Of a DNA stretch of 64,000 nt, positions 26,906-36,786 are shown one piece after another (within the stretch, counting starts at the first letter, position 1; each line of letters opens with the position of its first letter). The stretch is from Deltaproteobacteria bacterium. GTDB lineage: Bacteria; Myxococcota_A; Polyangia; Fen-1088. A model generated the notes under the pieces. It was not told where the DNA came from, searched no databases, and worked only from the letters and a program-made list of their open reading frames with translations. The DNA is taken from positions 96,001-160,000 of the forward strand of contig JANRKS010000032.1 of the NCBI GenBank assembly GCA_033763315.1. The letters are read 5' to 3'. The translations under genes were made by a program, and so were the position numbers.

Positions 26906-27814
26906 TTAAATCGCTGCACCAAGCATGGCCTTTGCCGCATACACGGCCGCACCCACCACACCGGCGCCGTCACCAAGCGCAGCAAACGCGACGCTCGGGC
27001 GGTGCGATGTAAACGAGCGGACGTTCGTGCGCGGCTGAACGCCCAAGGCTTGCAGCCCAAGCGCCAAACCGCCGCCGACCACAACGCGATCAGGTGCATA
27101 AACCAGCGCAAAGTTATGAACCACAAGCTCAAGGTCTGCGAGGTAACGCTCAATCGCCCCCGCCGCTGCGTGCGATTGGCTCTGGGCGGCGGTGAATAGG
27201 GCTTCGGGAGAGACGAATTTTCCTCGTGCATTTGTGAGCAGGCCGGCGGCGCACAGCCGCGCTTCGGCACAGCCGCTTTGGCCACAGATGCACGAGGAGG
27301 ATGCCGCGTCGTCAAGCCGCAACCTGATGTGACCCGCCATGTGTGTGCGTGGTTGCGCCTCCAAGAAACCTTGGTCGCTGACGAAGCCAACGCCCAGCCC
27401 CGTGCCCAGCGTCAGCGCCAACAAGCGGCGGTGCCCCGCGCCTGCGCCAAAGCACGCCTCGCCAAGCGCCACCAACCGCGCGTCGTTGTCGCCGAAGCAA
27501 GGCAGCCCGGTCGCAGCGTGCAACGCTTGGCACAGGTTGAAGCAGCCGGTGTCCATGAAAGGCAAAAAGCCCCATGTTGTGTCAACAACGCCGCTTTCAA
27601 TGTATCCCGGAACGCCAATGCCCAAAGCCACGAAGGTTGCTGGGGCCAAGCGCTGCTGCAGCTTTTCGATCGTCGAGCCGATCGCCAGCATGAAGGCGTG
27701 GGCGTCGTCCTTGATGGTGGGGGCTATCTCTAGTGCGGCAACTTTGCCCGATAGGGTGTCAACGGCGCCCACTTTCGTGCGTGTGCCCCCCACATCGATG
27801 CCGATGCACAACAC
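26906..27814 (-). CDS. ROK family sugar kinase
   Basis: IGIDVGGT, GIGVPG, DNDAR, LTLGTGLG, GH...CICGQSGCAE, GGG. Confidence 0.92.
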   Translation of the reverse strand: MLCIGIDVGGTRTKVGAVDTLSGKVAALEIAPTIKDDAHAFMLAIGSTIEKLQQRLAPATFVALGIGVPGYIESGVVDTTWGFLPFMDTGCFNLCQALHAATGLPCFGDNDARLVALGEACFGAGAGHRRLLALTLGTGLGVGFVSDQGFLEAQPRTHMAGHIRLRLDDAASSSCICGQSGCAEARLCAAGLLTNARGKFVSPEALFTAAQSQSHAAAGAIERYLADLELVVHNFALVYAPDRVVVGGGLALGLQALGVQPRTNVRSFTSHRPSVAFAALGDGAGVVGAAVYAAKAMLGAAI

Positions 27815-28887
27815 TATGTCACCAGCCAGTTGAGGTGGCGCATCGTTCCGGCCTCATGGCCCCGGCGTGCCGCAAGAGCGAACGTCAGTAGCTGCACGGA
27901 GGGCGCCGCGACCAGTGGCTTGAACGCTGACGGAAGGCCACGCAAAGGCAGCCCCAGCAAAGGCGCTCCATAAGTTGACCGAGCGTTGTCGCTGATGATC
28001 AACGTCTGCGGCGCATTTTTGCGGATCTTCTCCACGTGGCGTCGGGTGGCGTCGTTGGGCTCGAGATCAATGATCACGCCGGCGAAAGCTTCATCCACGA
28101 CTTCAAGCGGCCCGTGTGCGAAGCCATTGAGGCTGTGGCTCGCCGCGGGCAACCACACCCCTTCTTCGATCAACAGCGCCCCTAGTCCCGCGGTCACAGC
28201 GCCATAGCCGGCACCGATGAAATAAACGCTGCGAGGATCCGCGTGGCGCGGCCAATCGCTCAGGTGATCGAGCCACGCTGGCATGCAGGAAGCCATCAAC
28301 CCAAAGGCGTCGTGCAACGCGCCTCTATGAGCGTCCAGTTCTTCGCGGCTTGTCACCAACAGAAGTGCCGCCAACATCAACGCTGTATGGGCCTTGACGC
28401 AGATCAAGCCATCAAACGGTGCTGGCACATGCACCACGACATCAGCGTGAAGCGCTAACGTGCTGTTCGGTGTCATGGTGATCGCAATGAGAGTGCCACC
28501 ACGGCCTTGGCACAATTGGGCAAAGTCAGCGATCTCGCCGCTTTGACCTGAACGTGACAGAACCACATAAACCGTTTGATCGCAAAATGGACTTTCGTTG
28601 AGCAAGGCGCTTGTCTCAACCAGAGCCACATTTGGGTGCAAGCGGGCCGCCGCCATGAACGCAGGCATGGCTGAAAGGTAGGCGCTGCCCATGCCGGTAA
28701 ACACCACCCGACGTGCCTGTTGTACCAGGTTCGCGGCGGCAAGAACGGCTTGTTGTCCTGGCCCATCCAAGTGTGCCAGCGTCTGGGCCAACGCTTCTGG
28801 TTGCGCCAAGATATCCTGCAGATACCGCGTCACTTGCGACGTTTCGCCGCGCGCGATGAACGCCTGCGTCTTTTGCAAATCAATCAT
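27814..28887 (-). CDS. Double-SIS-domain sugar-phosphate isomerase/deaminase (GlmS-C/GlmD/AgaS-like)
   Basis: DILAQP, FTGMGSA, LSRSGQS.E, GAG, FAHGP; no glutaminase domain; overlaps both neighbours. Confidence 0.85.
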   Translation of the reverse strand: MIDLQKTQAFIARGETSQVTRYLQDILAQPEALAQTLAHLDGPGQQAVLAAANLVQQARRVVFTGMGSAYLSAMPAFMAAARLHPNVALVETSALLNESPFCDQTVYVVLSRSGQSGEIADFAQLCQGRGGTLIAITMTPNSTLALHADVVVHVPAPFDGLICVKAHTALMLAALLLVTSREELDAHRGALHDAFGLMASCMPAWLDHLSDWPRHADPRSVYFIGAGYGAVTAGLGALLIEEGVWLPAASHSLNGFAHGPLEVVDEAFAGVIIDLEPNDATRRHVEKIRKNAPQTLIISDNARSTYGAPLLGLPLRGLPSAFKPLVAAPSVQLLTFALAARRGHEAGTMRHLNWLVT

Positions 28888-31130
28888 TTCGTCTCCGCTG
28901 GTGTGGATAAGATGAAGGCGCGCGCCGTGCGTGCGCCCAGTTCTACGAACACGGTGTTGCCCTCCACGGGCAAGGCATTGCCGGAACTGTGATCAACCGC
29001 CGCCGTGAAGCTCAGCCCAGCAAGGGCGACGTTCACGGCGACAGCGGTGCTTTCACAGTTTATGACTACAAGCACGCTTTCGTCTTGGCCACGCAACAGC
29101 CTCGTGTCGATGGCGCGGTCGCCACGTTGTTGCACAACCACAACCGGCTGAACTTGCGCCAGTGTGGCGAAGTCGCAGAGCAGCCGCGCAAAGCCATCGT
29201 CGGCGAAATCGCTTAAGCGTCCGGGCAAGCTGCCAAAATAGAGCGTCCGGCCTTTGCCAAATCGATTGGCGACCACAACGGCCTCATCAGACGCGTTTTG
29301 AGCGATCACCGTCGCTGTGGACTGTGGGCTCAGCACCTCCTCGAACTTATGGCCGTGCAGCTTTTGGCCAGGCACAAGCTGGGCGTTGGGGTGAAGTGCG
29401 TTGGTCACACGCAAAGCCGGGCGGCCCGTCATCTGCACCTGATAGGCCGAGCCCAGCGTGCTTGTGGATGCGTCGTGCTCGGAGAAGCAGGGGCGCACCA
29501 AGCTCTCTTCGCACCCGAATACATGATGCAAGCCCAACCCTGGAACGATGGGTTCGCCGAAACCGTTCTCGTCTTTCATTGCCAAAAACAGCCCGGCGAC
29601 CAAGTGACCTCCGTCGTTCACGTAGCGCTTGAGGGCCGCAGCGACGTTATCAGCCATGGCGTATCCGAAAGGAACACAGGCCACTTGATACTTTGTGAGC
29701 GCACCCGCCGCGGCCGCGGCCTCTGAGACAAAATCCACCGCGAACCCCTGGCTGCGCCAAGCCGCATAGAAGTCGCGTTGGGCATTCACGACCTCGGCGT
29801 CGCTGCCCTCGCCCGCGGCGACGATACGAGCTCGCACGTTGTCAACGATGGCAATGCGCGCGGCCACAGGTTTGCAGCGCGCCAAGGGCCCCTCGGCCAC
29901 GCTTGCGGCCACAGCTCCCACTCGCTTGGCGCGTGCGGTGGGGCGGCCGGCGCGATCGCTGAGTCCATGGCCACCCACCTCAACGCCTCCCATGTGTGGC
30001 CGCCAGTTCCAATACTGAACGCACGTGGCGCCGTTGCCTAGCACCTGCCACGTAAAGCGTTCGATGTCGTCGGCGTCAAGCGGCACGCCCCAGTTGGTGA
30101 TGCCCCACGTGGTTTGCCCCGCGCGCAATTCCCACAACCACAGTGGCTTGCCGGCCGCCGCAGAACGATGTCGATCCATGAGCCAGTTGGTGCTCATGTA
30201 ATCGCCGGCAACGTCACTTGTGAACATGCTCACGCCCAGCGCATCAACGAGCGGCGCGATCGCCCACAGATCCTGCGACCAAAACGCCGGGTCGACCTGA
30301 TGAGTGTGATCGACGATCGGTGTTGTGTCGTCGAGGGCGCGTACAACTTCAATCTTGAACCTCATCCAATCCGTGTACAGGTCACACATGTACAAACGGT
30401 GATCCAGCCACTCGACTTGGTTGTGAAGCATGGCTGGATCGCGGTGGTATCGGGCCCGTGGTGGCTGCACTTCGTCGAACGATCGGAAGTGCGCGCGCCA
30501 CATGCGGTTCAGCTCGGCAATGAATTTGTATTTGCCCCGAAGCCACGCGCGGAAGCCGTCATTGGCAGCTTCGTTGTAATCCCAAAGCCGATCGTCTTGG
30601 TTGGTTGTGTCCGGCTTTTGATTCCACCACAGGCCACCCTCGATGGAAATGTTGTAACCAAGGTTGTGAGGGTGACGACGATAACGGCTCACGGCCGCGT
30701 CCAAGAATCGCTGCGCGTAGGCACGGAAGATCGGGTGCGCTGGGCTTGCAGAACGAGTCACATAGCCGCTCGCTGCCACAGCCAAGGCTTCTGGGTGCTT
30801 CTTCACGAACCAAGGTGGCGTGAGCTCAGGCCATAACCACACGAAGTGGTCCATCGACAAGTCGTCACATACTTGACGTACAGTGTCCGGCGCTGAGAAG
30901 TCGTATTCGCCGGGCGCGACTTCGATGTCTGACCACGTGCAGTTGAAGCTTACGCTATCAAGGCCACATTCCTTCATGTGACCGATCTCGCGGCGCATGA
31001 AATCCGCGAACGCTTGCCCATCGAGTGGCGGAGACTGTTTGCGGAATGTTGCGTGGTGAAGCGCGCCGAACGGAATGTGTTTGGGAAACAGCACTTCCCT
31101 TAAATACGAGGCACGAAGCCGGCTGCGCAC
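28884..31130 (-). CDS. GH42 beta-galactosidase-like glycoside hydrolase
   Basis: WSDIE..PGEYDFS, TPPW, FRAWLRGKY..IAELN..W, WEL nucleophile region, YWNWR, trimerisation domain FGKGRTLY. Confidence 0.85.
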   Translation of the reverse strand: MRSRLRASYLREVLFPKHIPFGALHHATFRKQSPPLDGQAFADFMRREIGHMKECGLDSVSFNCTWSDIEVAPGEYDFSAPDTVRQVCDDLSMDHFVWLWPELTPPWFVKKHPEALAVAASGYVTRSASPAHPIFRAYAQRFLDAAVSRYRRHPHNLGYNISIEGGLWWNQKPDTTNQDDRLWDYNEAANDGFRAWLRGKYKFIAELNRMWRAHFRSFDEVQPPRARYHRDPAMLHNQVEWLDHRLYMCDLYTDWMRFKIEVVRALDDTTPIVDHTHQVDPAFWSQDLWAIAPLVDALGVSMFTSDVAGDYMSTNWLMDRHRSAAAGKPLWLWELRAGQTTWGITNWGVPLDADDIERFTWQVLGNGATCVQYWNWRPHMGGVEVGGHGLSDRAGRPTARAKRVGAVAASVAEGPLARCKPVAARIAIVDNVRARIVAAGEGSDAEVVNAQRDFYAAWRSQGFAVDFVSEAAAAAGALTKYQVACVPFGYAMADNVAAALKRYVNDGGHLVAGLFLAMKDENGFGEPIVPGLGLHHVFGCEESLVRPCFSEHDASTSTLGSAYQVQMTGRPALRVTNALHPNAQLVPGQKLHGHKFEEVLSPQSTATVIAQNASDEAVVVANRFGKGRTLYFGSLPGRLSDFADDGFARLLCDFATLAQVQPVVVVQQRGDRAIDTRLLRGQDESVLVVINCESTAVAVNVALAGLSFTAAVDHSSGNALPVEGNTVFVELGARTARAFILSTPAETK

Positions 31131-31384
31131 TAACGCACATTAAACCGCCCAGCGGATCCCGCGGTTTTCCGTTCCTGGCTTAACACCTGATAAACACGCC
31201 GCAGGCTTGCGGGGGCTAACTTGGAAAGACGAGCCGATTCCGCGGGGATGGCTCCATGGTTCGCAAGGAGTCTAAATGCGTAAGCCTGTCGTTCAGTTTA
31301 AGGCAAGCCTCTTGTTGTTCGCTGCCGCGTGCACCGGTTCGGTTGGTGACGTGCGGCAGGTTTCCACGTGTGAGGGTGACGAAA

Positions 31385-32893
31385 ATGAAGCTTAGACGCG
31401 TTTGCTTGGTGGTGGCCGCGGCCACAGTGGCCGTAGCTGCCTGCAAGGCCAGTGGGGATAAGGATGAGGACGGCGCGGGCGGCGAATCAGGTGCGGGGGG
31501 CGACACGAGTGAGCAAGGGGGCGGCGCCGGCGGCGCAGCCATGGGTGGGCGAGGCAACGGTGGCGCGGCGGGAGGAACAGCCGGCGCAGCCTCCAGCGCC
31601 GCAGGGGCGGGCGGAAGCAAGCCCGGCTCCGATACGGGGGGCGCTTCGGGTGGCAACGGCAATCCCGTTTCAACAGCCAAGTGTGTGCCCCCAAAGCTTA
31701 AGCTCACGCGCGTGACCACCGCCGACACGCCGATGGTGCTCACGCAACCCGCCTCCGATCCACGCCTCTACATCGCCGAACGCGGTGGCCGCATCAAAAT
31801 CTTTAAGGACGGCAAACTTGTTTCCGACCCCTTCCTCGATATGGCGGCCAGCGTGTATCGCCCCGATGGTGAGAATGAACGCGGTTTGCTGGGGCTGGCC
31901 TTTCATCCCAACTACAAGGACAACGGCCGTTTCTTCGTGTTTTACACACGCAGCCAAAACGATATGTATTCACAAGGCACGCCGGGAGACGTTGTGATTG
32001 CGGAAGGCAAGCGCTCTGGCAACCCGGAGAAGGCCGAGCGCGCCACCAGGCCGATCAGCACTGTTCGTCACGATTATGACGATTTTCACAACGGTGGATT
32101 CTTCGCGTTTGGCAAAGATGGCTTGCTTTACGCAGGGGTTGGAGACAGCGGAGAGGATGGCTACAAGCTCTACGGCGGTATGTCGAACATCCAAAAGCAG
32201 ATCGTGGGCAAATGCCAAGATCCGAAGGAGAAGCTTTGCAAGATCTTGCGCATCAATGTCGACAAGCCCACCGAGCGACCTGCGGGTAACTGGGAAAACG
32301 GCGACGTTCATGTTTGGGCGCTAGGCGTACGCAACCCGTTCCGCGGCAGCTTCGATCGTGTCACGGGCGATCTATATTTTGGCGATGTGGGCGAACACAC
32401 TTGGGAAGAGATCAACTATGCCCCTGCGGGTAGCGCTGGCAAAAACTGGGGCTGGGCGCTGGCTGAAGGCAAACGGTGCTTTCCGTGGTTTCACAAGTTT
32501 GCGTGCGACGCCACGAATGAGCTGCCACTCATCGATTACTTTCACGCTGGGGATGGGGTGACCACCGATCCGACGTCCTATATGACTATGGGCAAAGCCT
32601 GCACGGGCGGCACGATGACGGATTGTTCACGAGCGGTGGTGGGTGGCTACGTCTATCGCGGCAAGAAAATTGCCGACCTGCAGGGCCGCTACATCTATGG
32701 CGATCACGTTAAGAACACGATCTTCTCGACGGTGGTGAGCCAGGGCAAGCCCACATGTGACGTTGATTTGACGAGCGATTTGCGCGATCCCGCTTTGCCG
32801 ATTCAAGGCATCACCAGTTTCGGCGAAGATGCCGATGGTGAACTTTACATCCTGGATCTGTTCGGCAACGTCTATCGCATCGAGCAAGAGTGA
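31385..32893 (+). CDS. PQQ-dependent glucose/sorbosone dehydrogenase (GSDH) family lipoprotein
   Basis: Lipobox VAAC, ERGLLGLAFHP, HNGG, GVRNPFR.SFD, GDVG...WEE, NWGW, GGYVYRG, SFGEDADGELY. Confidence 0.9.
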   Translation: MKLRRVCLVVAAATVAVAACKASGDKDEDGAGGESGAGGDTSEQGGGAGGAAMGGRGNGGAAGGTAGAASSAAGAGGSKPGSDTGGASGGNGNPVSTAKCVPPKLKLTRVTTADTPMVLTQPASDPRLYIAERGGRIKIFKDGKLVSDPFLDMAASVYRPDGENERGLLGLAFHPNYKDNGRFFVFYTRSQNDMYSQGTPGDVVIAEGKRSGNPEKAERATRPISTVRHDYDDFHNGGFFAFGKDGLLYAGVGDSGEDGYKLYGGMSNIQKQIVGKCQDPKEKLCKILRINVDKPTERPAGNWENGDVHVWALGVRNPFRGSFDRVTGDLYFGDVGEHTWEEINYAPAGSAGKNWGWALAEGKRCFPWFHKFACDATNELPLIDYFHAGDGVTTDPTSYMTMGKACTGGTMTDCSRAVVGGYVYRGKKIADLQGRYIYGDHVKNTIFSTVVSQGKPTCDVDLTSDLRDPALPIQGITSFGEDADGELYILDLFGNVYRIEQE

Positions 32894-32896
32894 ACG

Positions 32897-34378
32897 TCAG
32901 CGTGGGCCGGCGCCTGCAGGGAATAGGTTTCGCCCATTGGTGGCCGCCAACTCTTTGTAGAACGCCGCGGAGTCTTTGGCCGTGCGCTTGAACGTGCCAA
33001 AGTCAACGTGGAACAGGCCCATGCGTTGGTTGTAGCCGTGATCCCACTCGAAACTGTCGAGCAAAGACCAATAATGATAGCCACGGACTTGAACGCCTTC
33101 GTTGATCGCGCGTGAAAGCTCGCGCAAGAAGCGGGTGAGGTAATCCACCCGCTGGGGATCGTGAACGCCGCCATCAAGCGCCACCCAATCCGCGTTGCCA
33201 CAGCCGTTTTCCGTGATGAACAGCGGCTTCTTGTAGCGCTCCCAGAAGAACTTTGGCGTCCAATAAAGCCCCTGTGGGCACAGAAGCTGCTTGTTGATGA
33301 GCATTGGCTGGGCAGGCCCATCGGGAACCAAGGCTTCCCATCCCGGTGCCTTTGCGCTCGCCCGTATAGGCCGCGAGTTGTAAACGTTGATGCCGATGTA
33401 ATCCACGGGCTGCGCAATCAACTCCATATCGCCTGGCTTGATCACAGGCATGTCGGCGGGCCATTGCGATGCGAATTCTTCGGGATACTTGCCCAACAGC
33501 ACGGGATCCACGTACCACGCGTTGTTCCAGTGTTTGTTCGGTTCAACCAGGAACGTGCGCTTGCGCGCGGCTTCAATGTCAGCCTTGGTGTTTGCTGCTG
33601 GCCAAAAGGAGGCGCAACCAAACACAACACCAAGCGTTGGCGCGAGCTTCGCATGGGCTCGTACGGCTTGGCACCCTTTGCCGTGCGCGAGCAAAGCGTT
33701 GTGAACGGCGTTAAGATATTCGCCGAAGCTCACCTTGTGGCCCGGCGCGTATTCACCCGTAAGGTACCCCATGCCGATGAACACCTGGGGCTCTTCTATC
33801 GTAAGAAAGTTATGAACTCGATCACCCAACCGCTTGGTCACGAGCGATGCATAGTCGGCGAACCAGTCAACGATCTGGCGGTTGCGCCATCCTCCCTTTT
33901 GCTCTAGGGCCAGTGGCAACTCCCAGTGGTACAGCATCACGTAAGGATCTACGGACGCCCGCAACAGCTCGTCAACGAGCCTGTCGTAATGATCAAGCGC
34001 CTTCGCATTGACGGCGCCCGTGCCCTCCGGCATGACGCGTGGCCACGGCACCGAGAACCGGTAGCTCGGCAAGCCCAGCTGCTTCATCAATCCGACGTCT
34101 TCTTTCCACCTTCGATAGTGATCGGATCCGCCCGCGGGCGTGTGGTTGGCAAACGTCACGCCCGCGCGGCGGAAGTACGGTTGCCAGATGTCTTTTCCGC
34201 TGCCATCGGCTTCTAACGATCCTTCCACCTGTAAAGCGGCCGAAGCAGCTCCCCAGACAAAGCCCGTTGGAAACGGTGCCAGTGGCGGTGTGAAAGCCAG
34301 GCTGCGCGTGGGTGAGCACGCCAGCGCGGCGGTGGCAGCAAGACATTGTCGACGTGAGAGCACGGTTGGCTTGGTCAT
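32897..34378 (-). CDS. Tat-exported GH1 beta-glycosidase with atypical acid/base motif (TIEEP)
   Basis: SRRQCL, FPTGFVWG, QVEG, YRFSVPWPR, LYHW, ITENG, YWSLLDSFEW. Confidence 0.92.
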   Translation of the reverse strand: MTKPTVLSRRQCLAATAALACSPTRSLAFTPPLAPFPTGFVWGAASAALQVEGSLEADGSGKDIWQPYFRRAGVTFANHTPAGGSDHYRRWKEDVGLMKQLGLPSYRFSVPWPRVMPEGTGAVNAKALDHYDRLVDELLRASVDPYVMLYHWELPLALEQKGGWRNRQIVDWFADYASLVTKRLGDRVHNFLTIEEPQVFIGMGYLTGEYAPGHKVSFGEYLNAVHNALLAHGKGCQAVRAHAKLAPTLGVVFGCASFWPAANTKADIEAARKRTFLVEPNKHWNNAWYVDPVLLGKYPEEFASQWPADMPVIKPGDMELIAQPVDYIGINVYNSRPIRASAKAPGWEALVPDGPAQPMLINKQLLCPQGLYWTPKFFWERYKKPLFITENGCGNADWVALDGGVHDPQRVDYLTRFLRELSRAINEGVQVRGYHYWSLLDSFEWDHGYNQRMGLFHVDFGTFKRTAKDSAAFYKELAATNGRNLFPAGAGPR

Positions 34379-34568
34379 GAGGGTGGGTTCGGATTGTAAT
34401 CATTTGCGCAAGTTAGAGTCCGATCCATTCACGAGCGTTAAGTGCGAACCAACATAGGCACATCTTGACGCTTGTTAAGTGTTGTGGGCTCCGCTGTGCA
34501 TTCGGCTGTGACTGCTTTGAATGTAGCGACTAGCATCATGAACACACCCACCAACAAGGACTTTCGAC

Positions 34569-34958
34569 ATGCCATCTTTTCCGTCAGTCAAGATGTCCGT
34601 ACCGCCGCTTCAAGCGGGTCGCCGCCGTCGCTTCTCAGACGATGAAAAGCGCGCGCTTTTAACCGAAGCGTTCTTGAACCATGAGACGCTTTCCGAACTC
34701 GGGCGTCGCCACGGCATCGCCGTGGGGCTACTTTTCCGTTGGCAACGACGCCTCGGCGTTACGCGTCTTTCGGTGTGCGGTGACATGCCGAAGGCCCAGC
34801 GTGTCGCCACGCCGGCCGAACAGCGTCTCGCAGACCTCGAGCGCCAACTGAACGCGCTGTTGCAAGACAACTCGGCGTTGCAAGAGCGCTTGGCGCGGGT
34901 CGAGTCGCTCAACCGCGTTTTGCCTGCATCGGCCACGAGCAGCCAGCATTCGCACTAG
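34569..34958 (+). CDS. Orphan HTH_Tnp_1 (IS3 OrfA / IS66 TnpA-like) helix-turn-helix protein with coiled coil
   Basis: RRRFSDDEK...SELGRRHGI...LLFRW; AAGGA Shine-Dalgarno; no catalytic transposase nearby. Confidence 0.7.
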   Translation: MPSFPSVKMSVPPLQAGRRRRFSDDEKRALLTEAFLNHETLSELGRRHGIAVGLLFRWQRRLGVTRLSVCGDMPKAQRVATPAEQRLADLERQLNALLQDNSALQERLARVESLNRVLPASATSSQHSH

Positions 34959-34993
34959 TCACATCCCTCTTTGTCTTCGCGTGGAGTTTAGCG

Positions 34994-36775
34994 ATGTCGA
35001 AACAGCTGACGAATTCAGGATTGATCGTTGTCAGGAAACTGTGGCCCGCCGCGGTCTTGATGCTTGCAGCGTGCTCTGGAACTGCGGGAAGCGAGGACGC
35101 TGCGGGTGGCGAAGGAGGTGAGGGCGGCGCCGGTTCAAGTGGCGGCAGCACCAGTTTGAAGCTGGATCGCGTGCCCGACGAGCCGCTCATTTGCAACGAC
35201 CCCGAATCGCTCAACGTCACCCGCTCGGCCTTCTCACGCCTAACGAACGCGCAGTACATCCGCACCTTGCGCGATCTCGCGGCGCCGATCGCGTTAGATG
35301 ATGATCTTGGCCTTCAGTTGCCGACGGAGACGGCGGACAAAAAGGGCTATCTCAACAATTTCGAACAGCAGGGGGCTCAGGCGCAGTTCGTTGAACAATA
35401 CGAACTCACCGCACGCAACGTTGCGAAGAAGATCACCTCGAGCCTCGGCAAGATCGGCGTCTCGGCGTGTGAGAACCCAAGCGGTGCCGCCGCTCAGACA
35501 GCCTGCGCGACGGCCTTCATCGAGTCCTTCGGTCTGCGCGCCTACCGTCGCCCGTTGTCGAACGACGAGAAGCAGAGCCTTAAGGCGCTCTACGACGCAT
35601 CCGCCACCACGTGGGGCTTCAGCGACGCGATGACGGTGCTCGCTTCCGCGATGTTGAGCGCGCCGCAGGTGCTCTACCTTGTGGAGCTTGGCAAAGACGA
35701 TGGCAAAGGCCTCAAGCTCACCGGATACGAAGTCGGCGCTCGCTTGTCGTATCTGTTCTGGGGCACCACGCCCGACGCTGACCTGTTGAATGCGGCCAAG
35801 GCAGGCAAACTCGACACGGCGAACGGCATCGTCGCCGAAGCCACCCGGCTCTTGGAAGATCCCAAAGCGCGCCGAGGGTTGTCTGAATTCAGCGCGCAGT
35901 GGCTTCGTTTTGCGAAACTATCGGTGGACTCCGCCGCTGTGAAGAAAGATAAGACGCGCTTTGCCGACTACACAGACGCCATGGGCAAAGCTTCGTTCGC
36001 AGGCCTGCAGGCTTTTGTCGAGGACGCCCTGTTCGGCGACGGCGGCGGTGTGCAAAAGCTGCTTGGCAGCAACAAGGCGTGGGTCAACGCTGCCAGTGCG
36101 CCGCTTTACGGGCTCAAGGCTTCGGGCGATGAGCTCAAGCCCGTCGATCTCGACCCAAAACAGCGCAAGGGCTTCCTAACCCAGGCCGCCGTCATGGCCG
36201 GCTTTTCACACGAGACGGTGCACGCGCCCGTTCAGCGTGGTGTGTTCGTGCTCGATCATTTGCTTTGCTCGCCTCCACCCACCCCCCCGCCCGGCGTGCC
36301 CGGGGCGCCACCTGCGGCCGCAACCGATGTAGAGACGACGCGGCAGAAATTCGTACGCGAACACGAGAGCAAACCTGATTGCAAAGCCTGCCACAAGCGC
36401 CTTGATGACGTGGGCTTCACGTTCGAGAACTATGATGCCCTCGGGCGTTGGCAAACCACAGAGACGGTGGGCTCACAAAAGAAGGTGTTGCCGATCGATG
36501 CCAGCGGCGCTTTGACCGACACATACGACGCAGACGGTGAATTCGCGAACGCCATCGAACTGATTGAGAAGATCTCGAAGAGCGAGCAAGTCGCCCAATG
36601 CTTTGTAAACAACTTCTTTCACTACGCTTTGGCTCGCGATCAGGTGCAAGAAGATGGCTGCACTTTGGCGGCGGCTGCCGATGAAGTGGTCAAGAACGAC
36701 GGCAGCTTCAAATCGCTTTTATTGGCCACCGTAAAGAGCAACCAGTTTCGGTACCGCGCTCCCATTGAGCAGTAA
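34994..36775 (+). CDS. DUF1592/DUF1588-type heme c lipoprotein, copy 2
   Basis: Lipobox LAAC, RLTNAQY..TLRDL, FGLRAYRRPL, EVGARLSYLFWGTTPD, PVQRG, LLC, H...CKACH, GFTFENYDALG. Confidence 0.9.
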   Translation: MSKQLTNSGLIVVRKLWPAAVLMLAACSGTAGSEDAAGGEGGEGGAGSSGGSTSLKLDRVPDEPLICNDPESLNVTRSAFSRLTNAQYIRTLRDLAAPIALDDDLGLQLPTETADKKGYLNNFEQQGAQAQFVEQYELTARNVAKKITSSLGKIGVSACENPSGAAAQTACATAFIESFGLRAYRRPLSNDEKQSLKALYDASATTWGFSDAMTVLASAMLSAPQVLYLVELGKDDGKGLKLTGYEVGARLSYLFWGTTPDADLLNAAKAGKLDTANGIVAEATRLLEDPKARRGLSEFSAQWLRFAKLSVDSAAVKKDKTRFADYTDAMGKASFAGLQAFVEDALFGDGGGVQKLLGSNKAWVNAASAPLYGLKASGDELKPVDLDPKQRKGFLTQAAVMAGFSHETVHAPVQRGVFVLDHLLCSPPPTPPPGVPGAPPAAATDVETTRQKFVREHESKPDCKACHKRLDDVGFTFENYDALGRWQTTETVGSQKKVLPIDASGALTDTYDADGEFANAIELIEKISKSEQVAQCFVNNFFHYALARDQVQEDGCTLAAAADEVVKNDGSFKSLLLATVKSNQFRYRAPIEQ

Positions 36776-36786
36776 AGGAGTTTCCC

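Noticed and set aside
34400-35000. Complete insertion sequence
   Set aside because: No DDE transposase, terminal inverted repeats or target duplication found; reported only as an orphan HTH gene
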